From Shigella phage MK-13, in the sequence record MK509462: a DNA stretch of 64,000 bases; one strand, given 5' to 3'. Under the pieces are notes generated by a model. It ran no database searches. It saw only the letters and a program-made list of their open reading frames with translations, and had not been told where the DNA came from. A program made the translations under genes and the position numbers. This document shows, one piece after another, positions 54,896-64,000 of this stretch (positions are counted from its first letter, which is position 1; the number at the start of each line of letters is the position of its first letter).

Positions 54896-57086
54896 TATTG
54901 AATATGCCCCGATAAAGACGGGATTCAAGATTGATGATGTCAGATTGCGTATGGACCAGACGTTCATGCGCAAGCCGTCTGTGCGTGCTCCTCGTGTAGA
55001 GTTGATGTTGACCGACGATCAAGAATCGGAGTTCGTTGAGTGCGCAATGGACGCTCATTACTTCGCCGCCAACTACTACAAGATCACGACCATCGATAAG
55101 GGCTTCATCCTCTTCGATATGCATGATTATCAGAAGCAGCTGTTCCATGACTTCCAGGATCACCGCTTCAACGCCGTGGTTCAGGCGCGTCAGTCTGGTA
55201 AGTGTGTGAAGGGTGACAGCATCGTCGAGGTTTACGATACGTTCAGCCAAGAAGAGTTTAAAGTCACCATCGAGGAGCTTCACAGCCGCTTCGAGGGACC
55301 AAATCACGCCGAGCCACTGAATGCCTTTGGCAAACACGATAAGTTCGTAGACAGCCGCTTCGGCAAGCGTTATTTTGTTCGCTGTGACAAAGGCTGGGTG
55401 CCTATCATCGCCGCGCACAAGACCAAGCCGTACCAAGAGTACGTTGTCATCACTTCCAGTGGTCGTCGTATCAACGTGGCCGATGATCACATGTTCTTCA
55501 ATCAGAACATGAAGGAAGTGTTTGCTAAAGATCTGGTTGCTGGTTCACGGCTAATGACCGAAGAAGGTCTAGAAGAAGTCGTTGAGGTATGGCAGACTGG
55601 TGAGGTGCATCACATGTTTGACCTACAGGTGAAATCTAGTGATCAGCGCTACTACACCAACGGCTTCCTCAGCCACAACACGACAGTCGTAGCAGCGTTC
55701 CTGCTCTGGTATGCGATGTTCCACTCTGACAAAGAGATCGCGGTACTGGCGAACAAAGAGAAGCAGGCGATTGAAATCCTAGACCGTATCCGCAAGGCAT
55801 ACCAGGATTTGCCATTCTTCCTCCAACAGGGTTGCGAGAAGTTCGGCTCCACGCTCATCGAGTTCGAAAACGGGTCGAAGATCTACGCCTATGCGACATC
55901 CTCTGACTCCATCCGTGGTCGATCTGTATCTCTTCTGTATGTAGACGAAGTGGCGTTCATTGAAAACGACTTTGAATTCTGGGAGTCTACATTCCCGGCG
56001 ATTGCATCTGCAGATACATCACGTTGTATCCTGACCAGTACGCCGAAAGGTCAGCGCGGGTTGTTCTACGACATCGTCACCAAGGCGAACCCAGAACACC
56101 CTCAGTACAACGACTTCAAACTCACAGAGGTTCCATGGTATCGTGTTCCAACATACACCAAGGATCCGAACTGGGAATCCAAACAGAGGGCGAAGCTGGG
56201 CGATGCACGTTTCGATCAGGAATTCGGTATCAAGTTCCGTGGTTCTGTAGGATCACTGATACCTGCCAAGTGTCTAGACAAGATGACCTCGAAACTCTAT
56301 CAGGAGCCGAACGAGTTCACCAAGATCTACCACGATTACGATCCGAAGCGCATCTACATGGGTATCGCCGATACAGGCAAAGGTGTGGAGGGGGATTACT
56401 CTGTTCTGACCATCTTGGACATCACAGACTATCCTCACAAGATTGCGGCCAAGTATCGGAACAACACGATACCTCCAATGATGTATGCATACACTATCGC
56501 CGACATGGGCGAGAAATATGGCACGTGTCCGATGTTGGTTGAAACCAACAACGACGTGGGCGGCCAGGTAATCACAATTCTATATCAGGAAATTGAATAC
56601 CCGGAGATCATCTTCACTACCACAGATGCGAAGGGTACTGGCAAACGAATTGGTGGCCGCCGCCCTGAGCCTGGCATCAACACGAACAAGAAAGTGCGTT
56701 CGAATGGTTGTGCTAACCTCAAGGCGCTTATCGAACGTGAGATGCTGGTGGTTGATGACCAAGACACGATAGATGAACTCAGTACATTCGTATGGACTGG
56801 GACAAGGTATGAAGCCGATGATGGTTGTCATGATGACTGTGTGATGCCTCTCGTGCTCTATGCATGGGCGGTGAAACAAGAATGGTTTAGTGATCTCACA
56901 AACTCAAGTATCTCTGTGGACATGAGAGGAAGATTATCTGCGATGGAAGAATCTCAGATGTTACCTTTCGGGGGTGTGCTTTCAACACCAGATCCTCACT
57001 CTATAGAGAGTATCCCAGGGTTTGGTGGAGTTCAGGTGTATGACGAACGCTCTGGCATGTCCATGGAAGAATGGCTGAGACGGTGA
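54876..57086 (+). CDS. terminase large subunit (T4 gp17-like), interrupted by a mini-intein
   Basis: ATG at 54876 (ORF-track start is GTG); Walker A reconstituted as ARQSGK|TTVVAAF after removing the intein. Confidence 0.9.
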   Translation: MAYQKRDIEYAPIKTGFKIDDVRLRMDQTFMRKPSVRAPRVELMLTDDQESEFVECAMDAHYFAANYYKITTIDKGFILFDMHDYQKQLFHDFQDHRFNAVVQARQSGKCVKGDSIVEVYDTFSQEEFKVTIEELHSRFEGPNHAEPLNAFGKHDKFVDSRFGKRYFVRCDKGWVPIIAAHKTKPYQEYVVITSSGRRINVADDHMFFNQNMKEVFAKDLVAGSRLMTEEGLEEVVEVWQTGEVHHMFDLQVKSSDQRYYTNGFLSHNTTVVAAFLLWYAMFHSDKEIAVLANKEKQAIEILDRIRKAYQDLPFFLQQGCEKFGSTLIEFENGSKIYAYATSSDSIRGRSVSLLYVDEVAFIENDFEFWESTFPAIASADTSRCILTSTPKGQRGLFYDIVTKANPEHPQYNDFKLTEVPWYRVPTYTKDPNWESKQRAKLGDARFDQEFGIKFRGSVGSLIPAKCLDKMTSKLYQEPNEFTKIYHDYDPKRIYMGIADTGKGVEGDYSVLTILDITDYPHKIAAKYRNNTIPPMMYAYTIADMGEKYGTCPMLVETNNDVGGQVITILYQEIEYPEIIFTTTDAKGTGKRIGGRRPEPGINTNKKVRSNGCANLKALIEREMLVVDDQDTIDELSTFVWTGTRYEADDGCHDDCVMPLVLYAWAVKQEWFSDLTNSSISVDMRGRLSAMEESQMLPFGGVLSTPDPHSIESIPGFGGVQVYDERSGMSMEEWLRR
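55203..55679 (+). mobile_element. mini-intein (159 aa) inserted in the terminase Walker A P-loop
   Basis: Starts with Cys right after ARQSGK, ends ...GFLSHN followed by Thr; HINT-like blocks (INVADDHMFF, VHHMFDLQV); no LAGLIDADG/HNH/GIY-YIG motif seen. Confidence 0.8.
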
Positions 57087-57089
57087 TCA

Positions 57090-57097
57090 CTAAATAA
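57090..57097 (+). promoter_or_regulatory. late-promoter-like motif CTAAATAA
   Basis: About 40 nt upstream of the tail sheath ATG. Confidence 0.3.
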
Positions 57098-57138
57098 CTT
57101 TCAAATTGAGCGAAACTCTACCGAGAAGGAATAAGATT

Positions 57139-59034
57139 ATGGCAACTCAAAGCTTCAGCGTTGCGCCGTCCGTACAGTGGACCGAGCGTGATGCCACGCT
57201 TCAGACGTCTCCATCCGTTGTTGTTCAGGGTGCGACCGTCGGTAAATTCCAATGGGGTGAAGCAGAACTCCCTGTGTTGGTCACTGGTGGTGAAACTGGT
57301 CTGGTGAAGAAATTCTTCAAGCCAAACGATGCAACTGCCACCGACTTCCTGGTGATTGCTGACTTCCTGTCTTACAGCTCTGTTGCATGGGTGACCCGTG
57401 TGGTCGGTCCGGCGGCACGTAACGCTGTAACCAAAGGTCAGACTGCAATCCTTATCCGTAACAAACTGGACTTCGAAACCGCGTCCCCATCTGCGTCTAT
57501 TACCTGGACAGGCCGCTATGCTGGCTCCCTGGGTAACGACGTTGCGATCAACGTGTGTGATGCTGCTGGATTCCCGACTTGGGAATTCCGTAACAACTTC
57601 GCCTATGCTCCACAGGCTGGCGAATACCACATCGTCATCGTTGACAAAGTCGGTCGCATCACAGATTCTTCTGGCGCTGTTGGTCAGGTTGATCGTATCT
57701 CTGTATCCGGTACGGCTACTGGTGCAGGCTCAATCTCTGTTGCTGGCGAAGACGTGGCGTACACTGACACTGACACCCCGGCCACCCTGGCGACCAAAAT
57801 CGGCACTGCGTTGACGGCTCTGACTGACGTGTATTCTTCTGTTGTCGTGAAGTCCAACACCGTCACCGTCACTCACAAAGCAATCGGTCCTCAGGCTGTG
57901 ACTGCTATCGTTCCTGATGCGAACGGTCTGACTGCGACTGCAGTGATCACCACTGTTGGTGCTTCCGGTTCCATTATTGAAAAATATGAACTGATGCAGC
58001 TGACTCAGGGATCCAAGAAATCTGACGGCTCCAATGCGTACTTCAAAGATGTGATCAACGACACCTCCAACTGGGTGTACACCTTTGCAAGCACTCTGAC
58101 CGCTGGCGTGACTGAGCTGGAAGGTGGTGTGGACGACTACACTGGCAACCGTGTAGCGGCTATCGAAGCCCTGAACAATGCCGAAGCATACGATGCCAAG
58201 CCTGTGTTCGCATACTGTGAAGAACTCATCGAGCAGCAGACGCTGATCGACCTCTCCACCGAGCGTAAAGACACCGTGTCCTTCGTGTCTCCTCTGCGTG
58301 ACGTTGTGGTCGGCAACCGTGGTCGTGAGATGGACGATGTCGTTGCTTGGCGTGAAAGCCTGGTGCGTGACTCTTCCTACTTCTTCATGGACGACAACTG
58401 GGCGTATGTGTACGACAAGTACAACGACAAGATGCGTTGGATCCCTGCGTGTGGTGGTACGGCGGGTGTTTGGGCACGTAGCATTGAGATCGCGGGTATC
58501 TACAAATCCCCTGCGTTCCACAACCGTGGCAAATACAACAACTACAACCGCATGGCGTGGTCTGCGTCTTCTGACGAACGCGCTGTCCTGTATCGCAACC
58601 AGGTTAACAGCATCGTTACCTTCTCCACTGAAGGCATCGTTCTGTACGGCGATAAGACTGGTTTGACTCGTCCGTCCGCGTTCGACCGCATCAACGTTCG
58701 TGGCCTGTTCATCATGGCCGAGCAGAACATCGCTGCCATCGCCAAATACTACCTTGGTGAGAACAACGATGAATTCACTCGTAGCCTGTTCAGCAACGCT
58801 GTACGCCCATACATCCGCCAGCTGGCCAACATGGGTGCGATCTACGATGGTCAGGTGAAGTGCGACGCCGACAACAACACCGCCGACATCATCGCTGCGA
58901 ACCAGATGGTTGCGGGTATCTGGTTGAAACCAGAATACTCCATCAACTGGGTGTATCTGGACTTTGCTGCAGTACGTCCGGACATGGAGTTCAGCGAGAT
59001 CGAAACTGGCGGTGGCATCGTAGCCGCTTCCTGA
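57139..59034 (+). CDS. tail sheath protein (T4 gp18-like)
   Basis: Matches recalled gp18 motifs: GKFQWGE, DKYNDKMRWIP, IVLYGDKTG, FDRINVRGLF. Confidence 0.9.
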   Translation: MATQSFSVAPSVQWTERDATLQTSPSVVVQGATVGKFQWGEAELPVLVTGGETGLVKKFFKPNDATATDFLVIADFLSYSSVAWVTRVVGPAARNAVTKGQTAILIRNKLDFETASPSASITWTGRYAGSLGNDVAINVCDAAGFPTWEFRNNFAYAPQAGEYHIVIVDKVGRITDSSGAVGQVDRISVSGTATGAGSISVAGEDVAYTDTDTPATLATKIGTALTALTDVYSSVVVKSNTVTVTHKAIGPQAVTAIVPDANGLTATAVITTVGASGSIIEKYELMQLTQGSKKSDGSNAYFKDVINDTSNWVYTFASTLTAGVTELEGGVDDYTGNRVAAIEALNNAEAYDAKPVFAYCEELIEQQTLIDLSTERKDTVSFVSPLRDVVVGNRGREMDDVVAWRESLVRDSSYFFMDDNWAYVYDKYNDKMRWIPACGGTAGVWARSIEIAGIYKSPAFHNRGKYNNYNRMAWSASSDERAVLYRNQVNSIVTFSTEGIVLYGDKTGLTRPSAFDRINVRGLFIMAEQNIAAIAKYYLGENNDEFTRSLFSNAVRPYIRQLANMGAIYDGQVKCDADNNTADIIAANQMVAGIWLKPEYSINWVYLDFAAVRPDMEFSEIETGGGIVAAS

Positions 59035-59042
59035 TGGAACAT

Positions 59043-59058
59043 GCCCTCTTCGGAGGGC
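59043..59058 (+). terminator. hairpin GCCCTC-ttcg-GAGGGC after the sheath gene
   Basis: GC stem directly after the stop; weak T-tract. Confidence 0.4.
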
Positions 59059-59112
59059 AATTTCATTGAAGGCACTAATTAGAATTGTGTAACTCTTTTT
59101 GGAGAATCTATA

Positions 59113-59646
59113 ATGGCTACAGTTAATGAATTTCGCGCGGCCATGTCACGTGGGGGCGGCGTACAACGTCAGCACCGCTGGCGTGTGACCGTCAACTTCC
59201 CAGCATTCGTAGCTGGCGCAGATACCATTCGCGACGTGTCTCTGTTGGCAGTAACAACCAACACTCCTACTGGTCAGCTGGGTGAGATCCTTGTGCCTTG
59301 GGGTGGTCGTGAACTTCCATTCCCTGGTGATCGTCGCTTCGAAGCGCTTCCTATTACGTTCATCAACGTCGTGAACAACTCTGCTTACAACGCCTTTGAA
59401 GTTTGGCAGCAGTACATTAACGGAAGCAACAGCAACCGTGCGGCGGCGAATCCAGATGACTATTTCCGTGACGTGATCATGGAGTTACTGGATGCGAACG
59501 ACAACGTCACTAAGACCTGGACTCTGCAGGGTGGTTGGCCTCAGAACCTCGGCCAGCTGGAACTGGATATGTCTGCAATGGACTCATATACTCAGTTCAC
59601 TGTCGATCTGCGTTACTTCCAGGCCATTTCTGATAAGTCCCTGTAA
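59113..59646 (+). CDS. tail tube protein (T4 gp19-like)
   Basis: 177-aa ORF directly after the sheath gene, with GGAG SD. Confidence 0.75.
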   Translation: MATVNEFRAAMSRGGGVQRQHRWRVTVNFPAFVAGADTIRDVSLLAVTTNTPTGQLGEILVPWGGRELPFPGDRRFEALPITFINVVNNSAYNAFEVWQQYINGSNSNRAAANPDDYFRDVIMELLDANDNVTKTWTLQGGWPQNLGQLELDMSAMDSYTQFTVDLRYFQAISDKSL

Positions 59647-59659
59647 TGTCCTCAGTGCT

Positions 59660-59678
59660 GGGGGAATCTTATTCCCCC
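59660..59678 (+). promoter_or_regulatory. perfect 8-bp palindromic hairpin GGGGGAAT-ctt-ATTCCCCC
   Basis: Between the tail tube and portal genes. Confidence 0.4.
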
Positions 59679-59712
59679 TCACTAATTACAAGAAAATGTT
59701 GAGGACTTAATC

Positions 59713-61404
59713 ATGGCATTCGGTAATGGTGCATTCGGTAACGGGTTCTTCGGTCTGTTCGGTACTGGCGGGAAGATTGAAGCCCCGGTAGACACCGACA
59801 AACTGGTAACGAACCAAGAAGAGAAGTTGCTTTCAAAAGCGGCTGTTGTTGCGCTGGACGATGCTCAGGATGGTTCTATCATCTTGCAGGGCGGTGCCAA
59901 CACATTCAATTTCGTAGGCGTTGAGAGTGAACTACTCAGCGTCAAACAAGTCGTCGAAGAATATCAGTCTATGGCTCAGCAACCTGAGATCCGTAAGGCT
60001 GTCGATATTATCGTGAACGACGTCGTCACCTGTGAAGAGGATGAGACTCCCGTCACAATCAATCTGGAAAAGGTTGAAGGCATCGACGACTCCATCAAAG
60101 AAAAGATCAATGATGCCTTCAAGGAAGTTCTTGAACTCATGGACTTCAACAACACCGCATATCAAAAGATCCGTCGTTGGTATGTAGAAGGTCGTCAAGC
60201 ATACCATGTTGTCGTAGATCCAAAGAACAAGAAAGGTGGTATTGCCAAACTGGTGATGCTGGATTCGCGCTGCATCCGCCCTGTATACATCGTGAAGAAA
60301 GAAGTTCGCGACGGCATCGAGGTAATTGGAGAAGTCAAACTTCAATACTACTACAACCCGAACTACAACCGCAATCAGTTTACTGGGCAATCGGGCACGT
60401 CTCAGAACTTCCAGCCGTCACAGCAGGAACTGGTGTTTGATGAAGAAAGCGTTGTCTACATCGACAGTGGTGAAGATCCGTTGGCCAATGGGGTTATCCC
60501 AGGCTTGCTGAACCCTGCTATCCGTCCCCTGAACAACCTCGTTACAACTGAGGATGCGACGGTCATCTACGCCATCACGCGTGCTCCAGAGAAGCGAGCG
60601 TTCTATCTCGACGTGGGTACTCTGGGTAAGAAGTCTGCGGAAGAGTATATGCAGGCGATGATGGGTAAATTCAAGAACCGTCTGGCGTATGATCGCACCA
60701 CTGGTAAAGTGGCAGGCAATACCCATCTGATGGGTATCGCTGAAGACTACTGGTTGCCGCGCCGCGAAGGGCAGAACGCAACGGAGATATCCAACGTAGG
60801 TGGCGGCGATCAACTGGGTCAAATGGATCATGTGGTATACTTCCGCGAGAAGCTCTACGAGGCTCTGATGATCCCTAAGAGCCGCCTCCAAGAGGAAGGT
60901 TCCATCAACATCGGTGGTTCCAATCTTGCCGAAATCACCCAGGAAGAACTGCGCTTCAACAAATTCTGCGCAGGCCTGCGCCGTCGTTATTCAGGATTCT
61001 TCCTTGAACTTCTTCGTCGTCAGCTGATCCTGAAGAACATCACTGACCAGACTGATTGGAACGAAAAGATCAAGCCGTTTGTCAAGTTCGAATTTACATC
61101 TGACAGCTTCATTCGTGAGCAGCAGGAAAACGAAATCCTGGCGCAACGCATGTCTGCTCTTGGTCAGATCGAACCGTACATTGGCACCCTGTTCTCTATC
61201 GATTATGCTCAGCGCAATCTGCTGCGTATGTCTGACGAAGACATCAAAGATCAGCAAGAGAAGATCGCGCAAGAGAAGAAAGAAGGCAAATATCCTGAAG
61301 TGCAGGCAGATGAATCAGGCGGCTTCGGCGGCGGTGAAGTCAGCCCACTGAAATTCAGACCTAACGTCATCCCAGCGACTAACCCTCCTGGTGGTGAAGA
61401 ATAA
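59713..61404 (+). CDS. portal vertex protein (T4 gp20-like)
   Basis: 563-aa ORF between tail tube and prohead core genes; Gly-rich N-terminus. Confidence 0.8.
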   Translation: MAFGNGAFGNGFFGLFGTGGKIEAPVDTDKLVTNQEEKLLSKAAVVALDDAQDGSIILQGGANTFNFVGVESELLSVKQVVEEYQSMAQQPEIRKAVDIIVNDVVTCEEDETPVTINLEKVEGIDDSIKEKINDAFKEVLELMDFNNTAYQKIRRWYVEGRQAYHVVVDPKNKKGGIAKLVMLDSRCIRPVYIVKKEVRDGIEVIGEVKLQYYYNPNYNRNQFTGQSGTSQNFQPSQQELVFDEESVVYIDSGEDPLANGVIPGLLNPAIRPLNNLVTTEDATVIYAITRAPEKRAFYLDVGTLGKKSAEEYMQAMMGKFKNRLAYDRTTGKVAGNTHLMGIAEDYWLPRREGQNATEISNVGGGDQLGQMDHVVYFREKLYEALMIPKSRLQEEGSINIGGSNLAEITQEELRFNKFCAGLRRRYSGFFLELLRRQLILKNITDQTDWNEKIKPFVKFEFTSDSFIREQQENEILAQRMSALGQIEPYIGTLFSIDYAQRNLLRMSDEDIKDQQEKIAQEKKEGKYPEVQADESGGFGGGEVSPLKFRPNVIPATNPPGGEE

Positions 61405-61435
61405 TTCGACTAAGTATAGAAAACATTTAGAGGAT

Positions 61436-61609
61436 ATGAACATGGCCGCTATCGATCTGGTAAAAGCAATCATCGCTGGTGACACCGATGCTGCTGTTGC
61501 TGAATGTCAAACTGAACTGTCTGCTCGCGCCCAAGAACTCGTTCAACAGGGCACCGCATATGTCATGAACTCTCTGAGTCAAGACATGTCTCCTGCGCAA
61601 GACGAATAA
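61436..61609 (+). CDS. small prohead core protein (gp67-like by position)
   Basis: ATG after GAGGA SD; 57 aa, acidic. Confidence 0.4.
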   Translation: MNMAAIDLVKAIIAGDTDAAVAECQTELSARAQELVQQGTAYVMNSLSQDMSPAQDE

Positions 61610-61619
61610 GGAGAGCATC

Positions 61620-61925
61620 ATGGAAATCGAAGAAGTTGCAACATTCGCTGATTTCCTGGCTTCCCGCATGGACGAGCAGAAAGTCATTGACAAGGTGAAT
61701 GCAAAAGGTAAACGCCGCCGTCGCCTGCAGTGCGCTCCTGGTTTCAAATTGTCTGCGGATGGTTCTCGTTGTGAGGTTATGGTCGCCAGTGAGCGCCGTA
61801 CCCGCAAGCTGGGCAACCGCAAGGCAATCCGAGCCAAGAAACGCATGGGTATGGGCTACAGTCGCAAGATTGAGCGTCGTAAGAAGAAAGCGATGAAGTT
61901 CCGCAAAATGATGGGACTGAGTTAA
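61620..61925 (+). CDS. basic prohead core protein (gp68-like by position)
   Basis: 101-aa ORF with highly basic C-terminus (KRRRRLQ..RKKKAMKFRK). Confidence 0.45.
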   Translation: MEIEEVATFADFLASRMDEQKVIDKVNAKGKRRRRLQCAPGFKLSADGSRCEVMVASERRTRKLGNRKAIRAKKRMGMGYSRKIERRKKKAMKFRKMMGLS

Positions 61926-61932
61926 GGAGCGA

Positions 61933-62601
61933 ATGATGAAACTGTTGCGTGAGATCACGGCGATAGGGAAAGACCTCCAAATTGGTGAAAGCACGACCTC
62001 CACCGGGGGTAAGGCTATGTTCATCGAAGGTCCATTCGTGATGTGTAATCAGGTGAACCGTAATGGACGCAACTACGATCTCCAGAAAGTGGGCATACCA
62101 GCTGTCGAAGCATATGACAAAGAGTATGTTCAGGATCGTCGCGCAATCGGTGAACTCAAACATCCCGACTACCCTTTCCCAGATATTGCTGAAGCTGCGC
62201 TGAAGACCGAGAGCCTCCGTTGGGAGGGTACAAACGCAATCGGTCGAGCGCGCGTGCTAAATACACCAAAAGGCCAGATCATTCGTGCTCTGGCTGAAGC
62301 AGACTTCAACTTGGCCGTGTCTACACGTGGCCTTGGTGAGACCAAGTCGGTGAACGGTTATGACGACGTTCAACCTGGCTTTATGCTCACTGCTGTTGAT
62401 GCAGTCGACCGTCCTTCTGGACAAGTTTGTTATGTAAAGGCTGTGAGCGAATCTGTTGAATGGCAGCTTGATGAATCTTCAGGGATTTGGGTTCCTAAAG
62501 ACATCAAAGGGCAAGTCGTCGATTCATTGGTGAAAACCAATATTCAGTTCGAAGACGACTTCCTGCGCCGCCTCGATATCGCATTGAGACATCTGGGCTG
62601 A
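61933..62601 (+). CDS. prohead core protease/scaffold (gp21-like by position)
   Basis: 222-aa ORF with AAGGAG SD, directly upstream of the scaffold gene. Confidence 0.55.
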   Translation: MMKLLREITAIGKDLQIGESTTSTGGKAMFIEGPFVMCNQVNRNGRNYDLQKVGIPAVEAYDKEYVQDRRAIGELKHPDYPFPDIAEAALKTESLRWEGTNAIGRARVLNTPKGQIIRALAEADFNLAVSTRGLGETKSVNGYDDVQPGFMLTAVDAVDRPSGQVCYVKAVSESVEWQLDESSGIWVPKDIKGQVVDSLVKTNIQFEDDFLRRLDIALRHLG

Positions 62602-62612
62602 ATTCAGCCTCA

Positions 62613-62620
62613 CTAAATAC
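62613..62620 (+). promoter_or_regulatory. late-promoter-like motif CTAAATAC
   Basis: 27 nt upstream of the scaffold ATG. Confidence 0.35.
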
Positions 62621-62646
62621 TGAAAATCGTTCAGAAGGAAACAATC

Positions 62647-63519
62647 ATGAAACCTGAATTGCAAAAACTGTTTGAGGGCGTTAACGGCCTCAGCCCCGAC
62701 TTCCTGGATAAAGTGTCCGGCCTGCTGGAATCTAAGGTAGAAGCCGCTCGCCTGACCGCTATTCAAGAAACCGAAAACGCTGCCAACGTCGAGCGCCTGC
62801 GTCTGGTTGAAGCTCATCAGTCTGAGATTGCTCAGCTGAAAGAGTCTCACTTGATGGAGATCGCAACCAAAGTTGACAGCTTCCTGAACGCTGTTGTAGA
62901 AGAGTGGGCTAACACCAACGCTCCTGCAATCGATGCTCAGATCAAGCGTGAAGCAGCTGAAAACCTGCTGACTGGCCTGACTGGCGTTCTGAAAGAAGCT
63001 GGTATCAACTTTGCGACTGACGAAAACGGCCAGATCGCTGCGCTGACTGCCCGCCTGACAGAAGCAGAACAACGCGCTGCGGCTGCTGAAAGCGAAAACC
63101 GTCAAATCAAAGAAGCCGCGAATGCGACTCTGCGCGACTCTGTGATCGCCCGTATCTGTGAAGGCATGGTCGACACCAAGAAAGCAACGGTTGTCAATCT
63201 GCTGGAAGCGGTGCAGTTCACCACCGAAAGCGAATTCGCTTCCCGCGTACACACCTTCCGCAACCTGGTAGAAGGTAAGTCCGCGAAGAAAGAAGGCGAT
63301 GACGATGACGACTTCCAGGATAAAGTCGGCGGCAAAGATGGCGACGACGACAACAAAGGCGACAAAGACAAAGTCGACGAAGGCAAAAAGTCTAAGAAAG
63401 AAGGCGATGACGGCGACGATGATGGCAAAGACGATGAAGATGAAACAGACAAAGAGCTGAAAGAATCTATCAAGCGTCAGTTGGCCGACTATAATCGTCG
63501 CTTCGGCATCAACGGCTAA
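62647..63519 (+). CDS. prohead scaffold protein (gp22-like)
   Basis: Coiled-coil-like, with a highly acidic D/E/K low-complexity block; directly upstream of the capsid gene. Confidence 0.75.
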   Translation: MKPELQKLFEGVNGLSPDFLDKVSGLLESKVEAARLTAIQETENAANVERLRLVEAHQSEIAQLKESHLMEIATKVDSFLNAVVEEWANTNAPAIDAQIKREAAENLLTGLTGVLKEAGINFATDENGQIAALTARLTEAEQRAAAAESENRQIKEAANATLRDSVIARICEGMVDTKKATVVNLLEAVQFTTESEFASRVHTFRNLVEGKSAKKEGDDDDDFQDKVGGKDGDDDNKGDKDKVDEGKKSKKEGDDGDDDGKDDEDETDKELKESIKRQLADYNRRFGING

Positions 63520-63533
63520 TTTTAGCAGCCACA

Positions 63534-63549
63534 GCCCTCGAAAGGGGGC
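63534..63549 (+). terminator. hairpin GCCCT-cgaaag-GGGGC, terminator-like
   Basis: After the scaffold stop; followed by TTGATTTT. Confidence 0.4.
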
Positions 63550-63610
63550 TTGATTTTGAACTACTAAGTAATTTCAACTTAACTGAATATCAATGTAAGG
63601 AATGACCATC

Positions 63611-64000
63611 ATGGCTAAGAAACTTGTTACTGAACAAATGCGCGAGCAGTGGCTGCCAGTTCTTCAGAAAGAATCTGAAAGTATCCAGCCGCTTTCTGCC
63701 GAAAACGTTGCTGTCCGCCTGCTGCAAAACCAGGCTGAGTGGAACGCCAAAAACCTGGGCGAATCTGACGCTCCTGGTTCTGTGAACAACTCTGTGGGCA
63801 AATGGCAGCCAGTCCTGATCGACATGGCAAAACGTCTGGCTCCGATCAACATCGCGATGGACTTCTTCGGCGTACAGCCGCTGTCTGGTCCTGACGGTCA
63901 GATCTTTGCTCTGCGTGCTCGCCAGGGCGTCGGCGACTCATCCAACACCCAACAGTCCCGTAAAGAACTGTTCATGCAGGAAGCTGATTCCGGCTACTCT
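63611..64000 (+). CDS. major capsid protein (T4 gp23-like), N-terminal part; continues past the window end
   Basis: INIAMDFFGVQPLSGPDGQIFALRA matches the recalled gp23 segment LIAFDICGVQPMNSPTGQVFALRA. Confidence 0.85.
   Translation, partial: MAKKLVTEQMREQWLPVLQKESESIQPLSAENVAVRLLQNQAEWNAKNLGESDAPGSVNNSVGKWQPVLIDMAKRLAPINIAMDFFGVQPLSGPDGQIFALRARQGVGDSSNTQQSRKELFMQEADSGYS

Noticed and set aside
55203-55679. Homing endonuclease nested in the intein
   Set aside because: At 159 aa the insert is too small, and no LAGLIDADG, HNH or GIY-YIG motif is visible; called a mini-intein
63280-63460. Low-complexity GAT/GAC/AAA-rich DNA as a possible repeat element
   Set aside because: It encodes the acidic D/E/K-rich segment of the scaffold protein, typical for gp22-like proteins
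1-64000. Integrase, transposase, IS element or rRNA
   Set aside because: No recombinase or transposase motifs or terminal inverted repeats were seen, and nothing resembling rRNA; the only mobile element supported is the terminase intein

Overview
This window reads as a T4-like (Tevenvirinae-style) phage genome segment. Positions 1-21120 are a minus-strand early/replication block: topoisomerase II ATPase subunit (partial), an rIIA/rIIB pair, many small ORFs, nucleotide-metabolism candidates (MazG-like, P-loop kinase, HAD hydrolase) and a family B DNA polymerase. Positions 21200-27376 hold small genes on both strands, including a PLP-enzyme-like ORF. Positions 27377-31560 are an ORF-poor island with minus-strand tRNA genes (Asn-GTT and Tyr-GTA fold canonically by hand; two more are near-canonical), tRNA 3'-half-like fragments, strong hairpins and a 42-bp tandem repeat. 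Positions 32478-64000 are a plus-strand morphogenesis module in T4 order: gp6-like baseplate wedge, tail fibre, four tailspike paralogues, a 1612-aa structural protein, neck proteins, small and large terminase, tail sheath, tail tube, portal, prohead core/protease, scaffold and the major capsid N-terminus. The most notable features are a 159-aa mini-intein splitting the terminase Walker A P-loop, the ORF-poor RNA island, and hairpins that sequester the start regions of two tailspike genes next to a recurring CTAAATA(C/T) late-promoter-like motif. The multiple tailspikes and candidate base-modification genes resemble Ackermannviridae, but that is inference. All calls are by eye from the sequence and ORF track; no searches were run, and ORF-track starts include GTG/TTG so several starts were moved to the nearest ATG with a Shine-Dalgarno.
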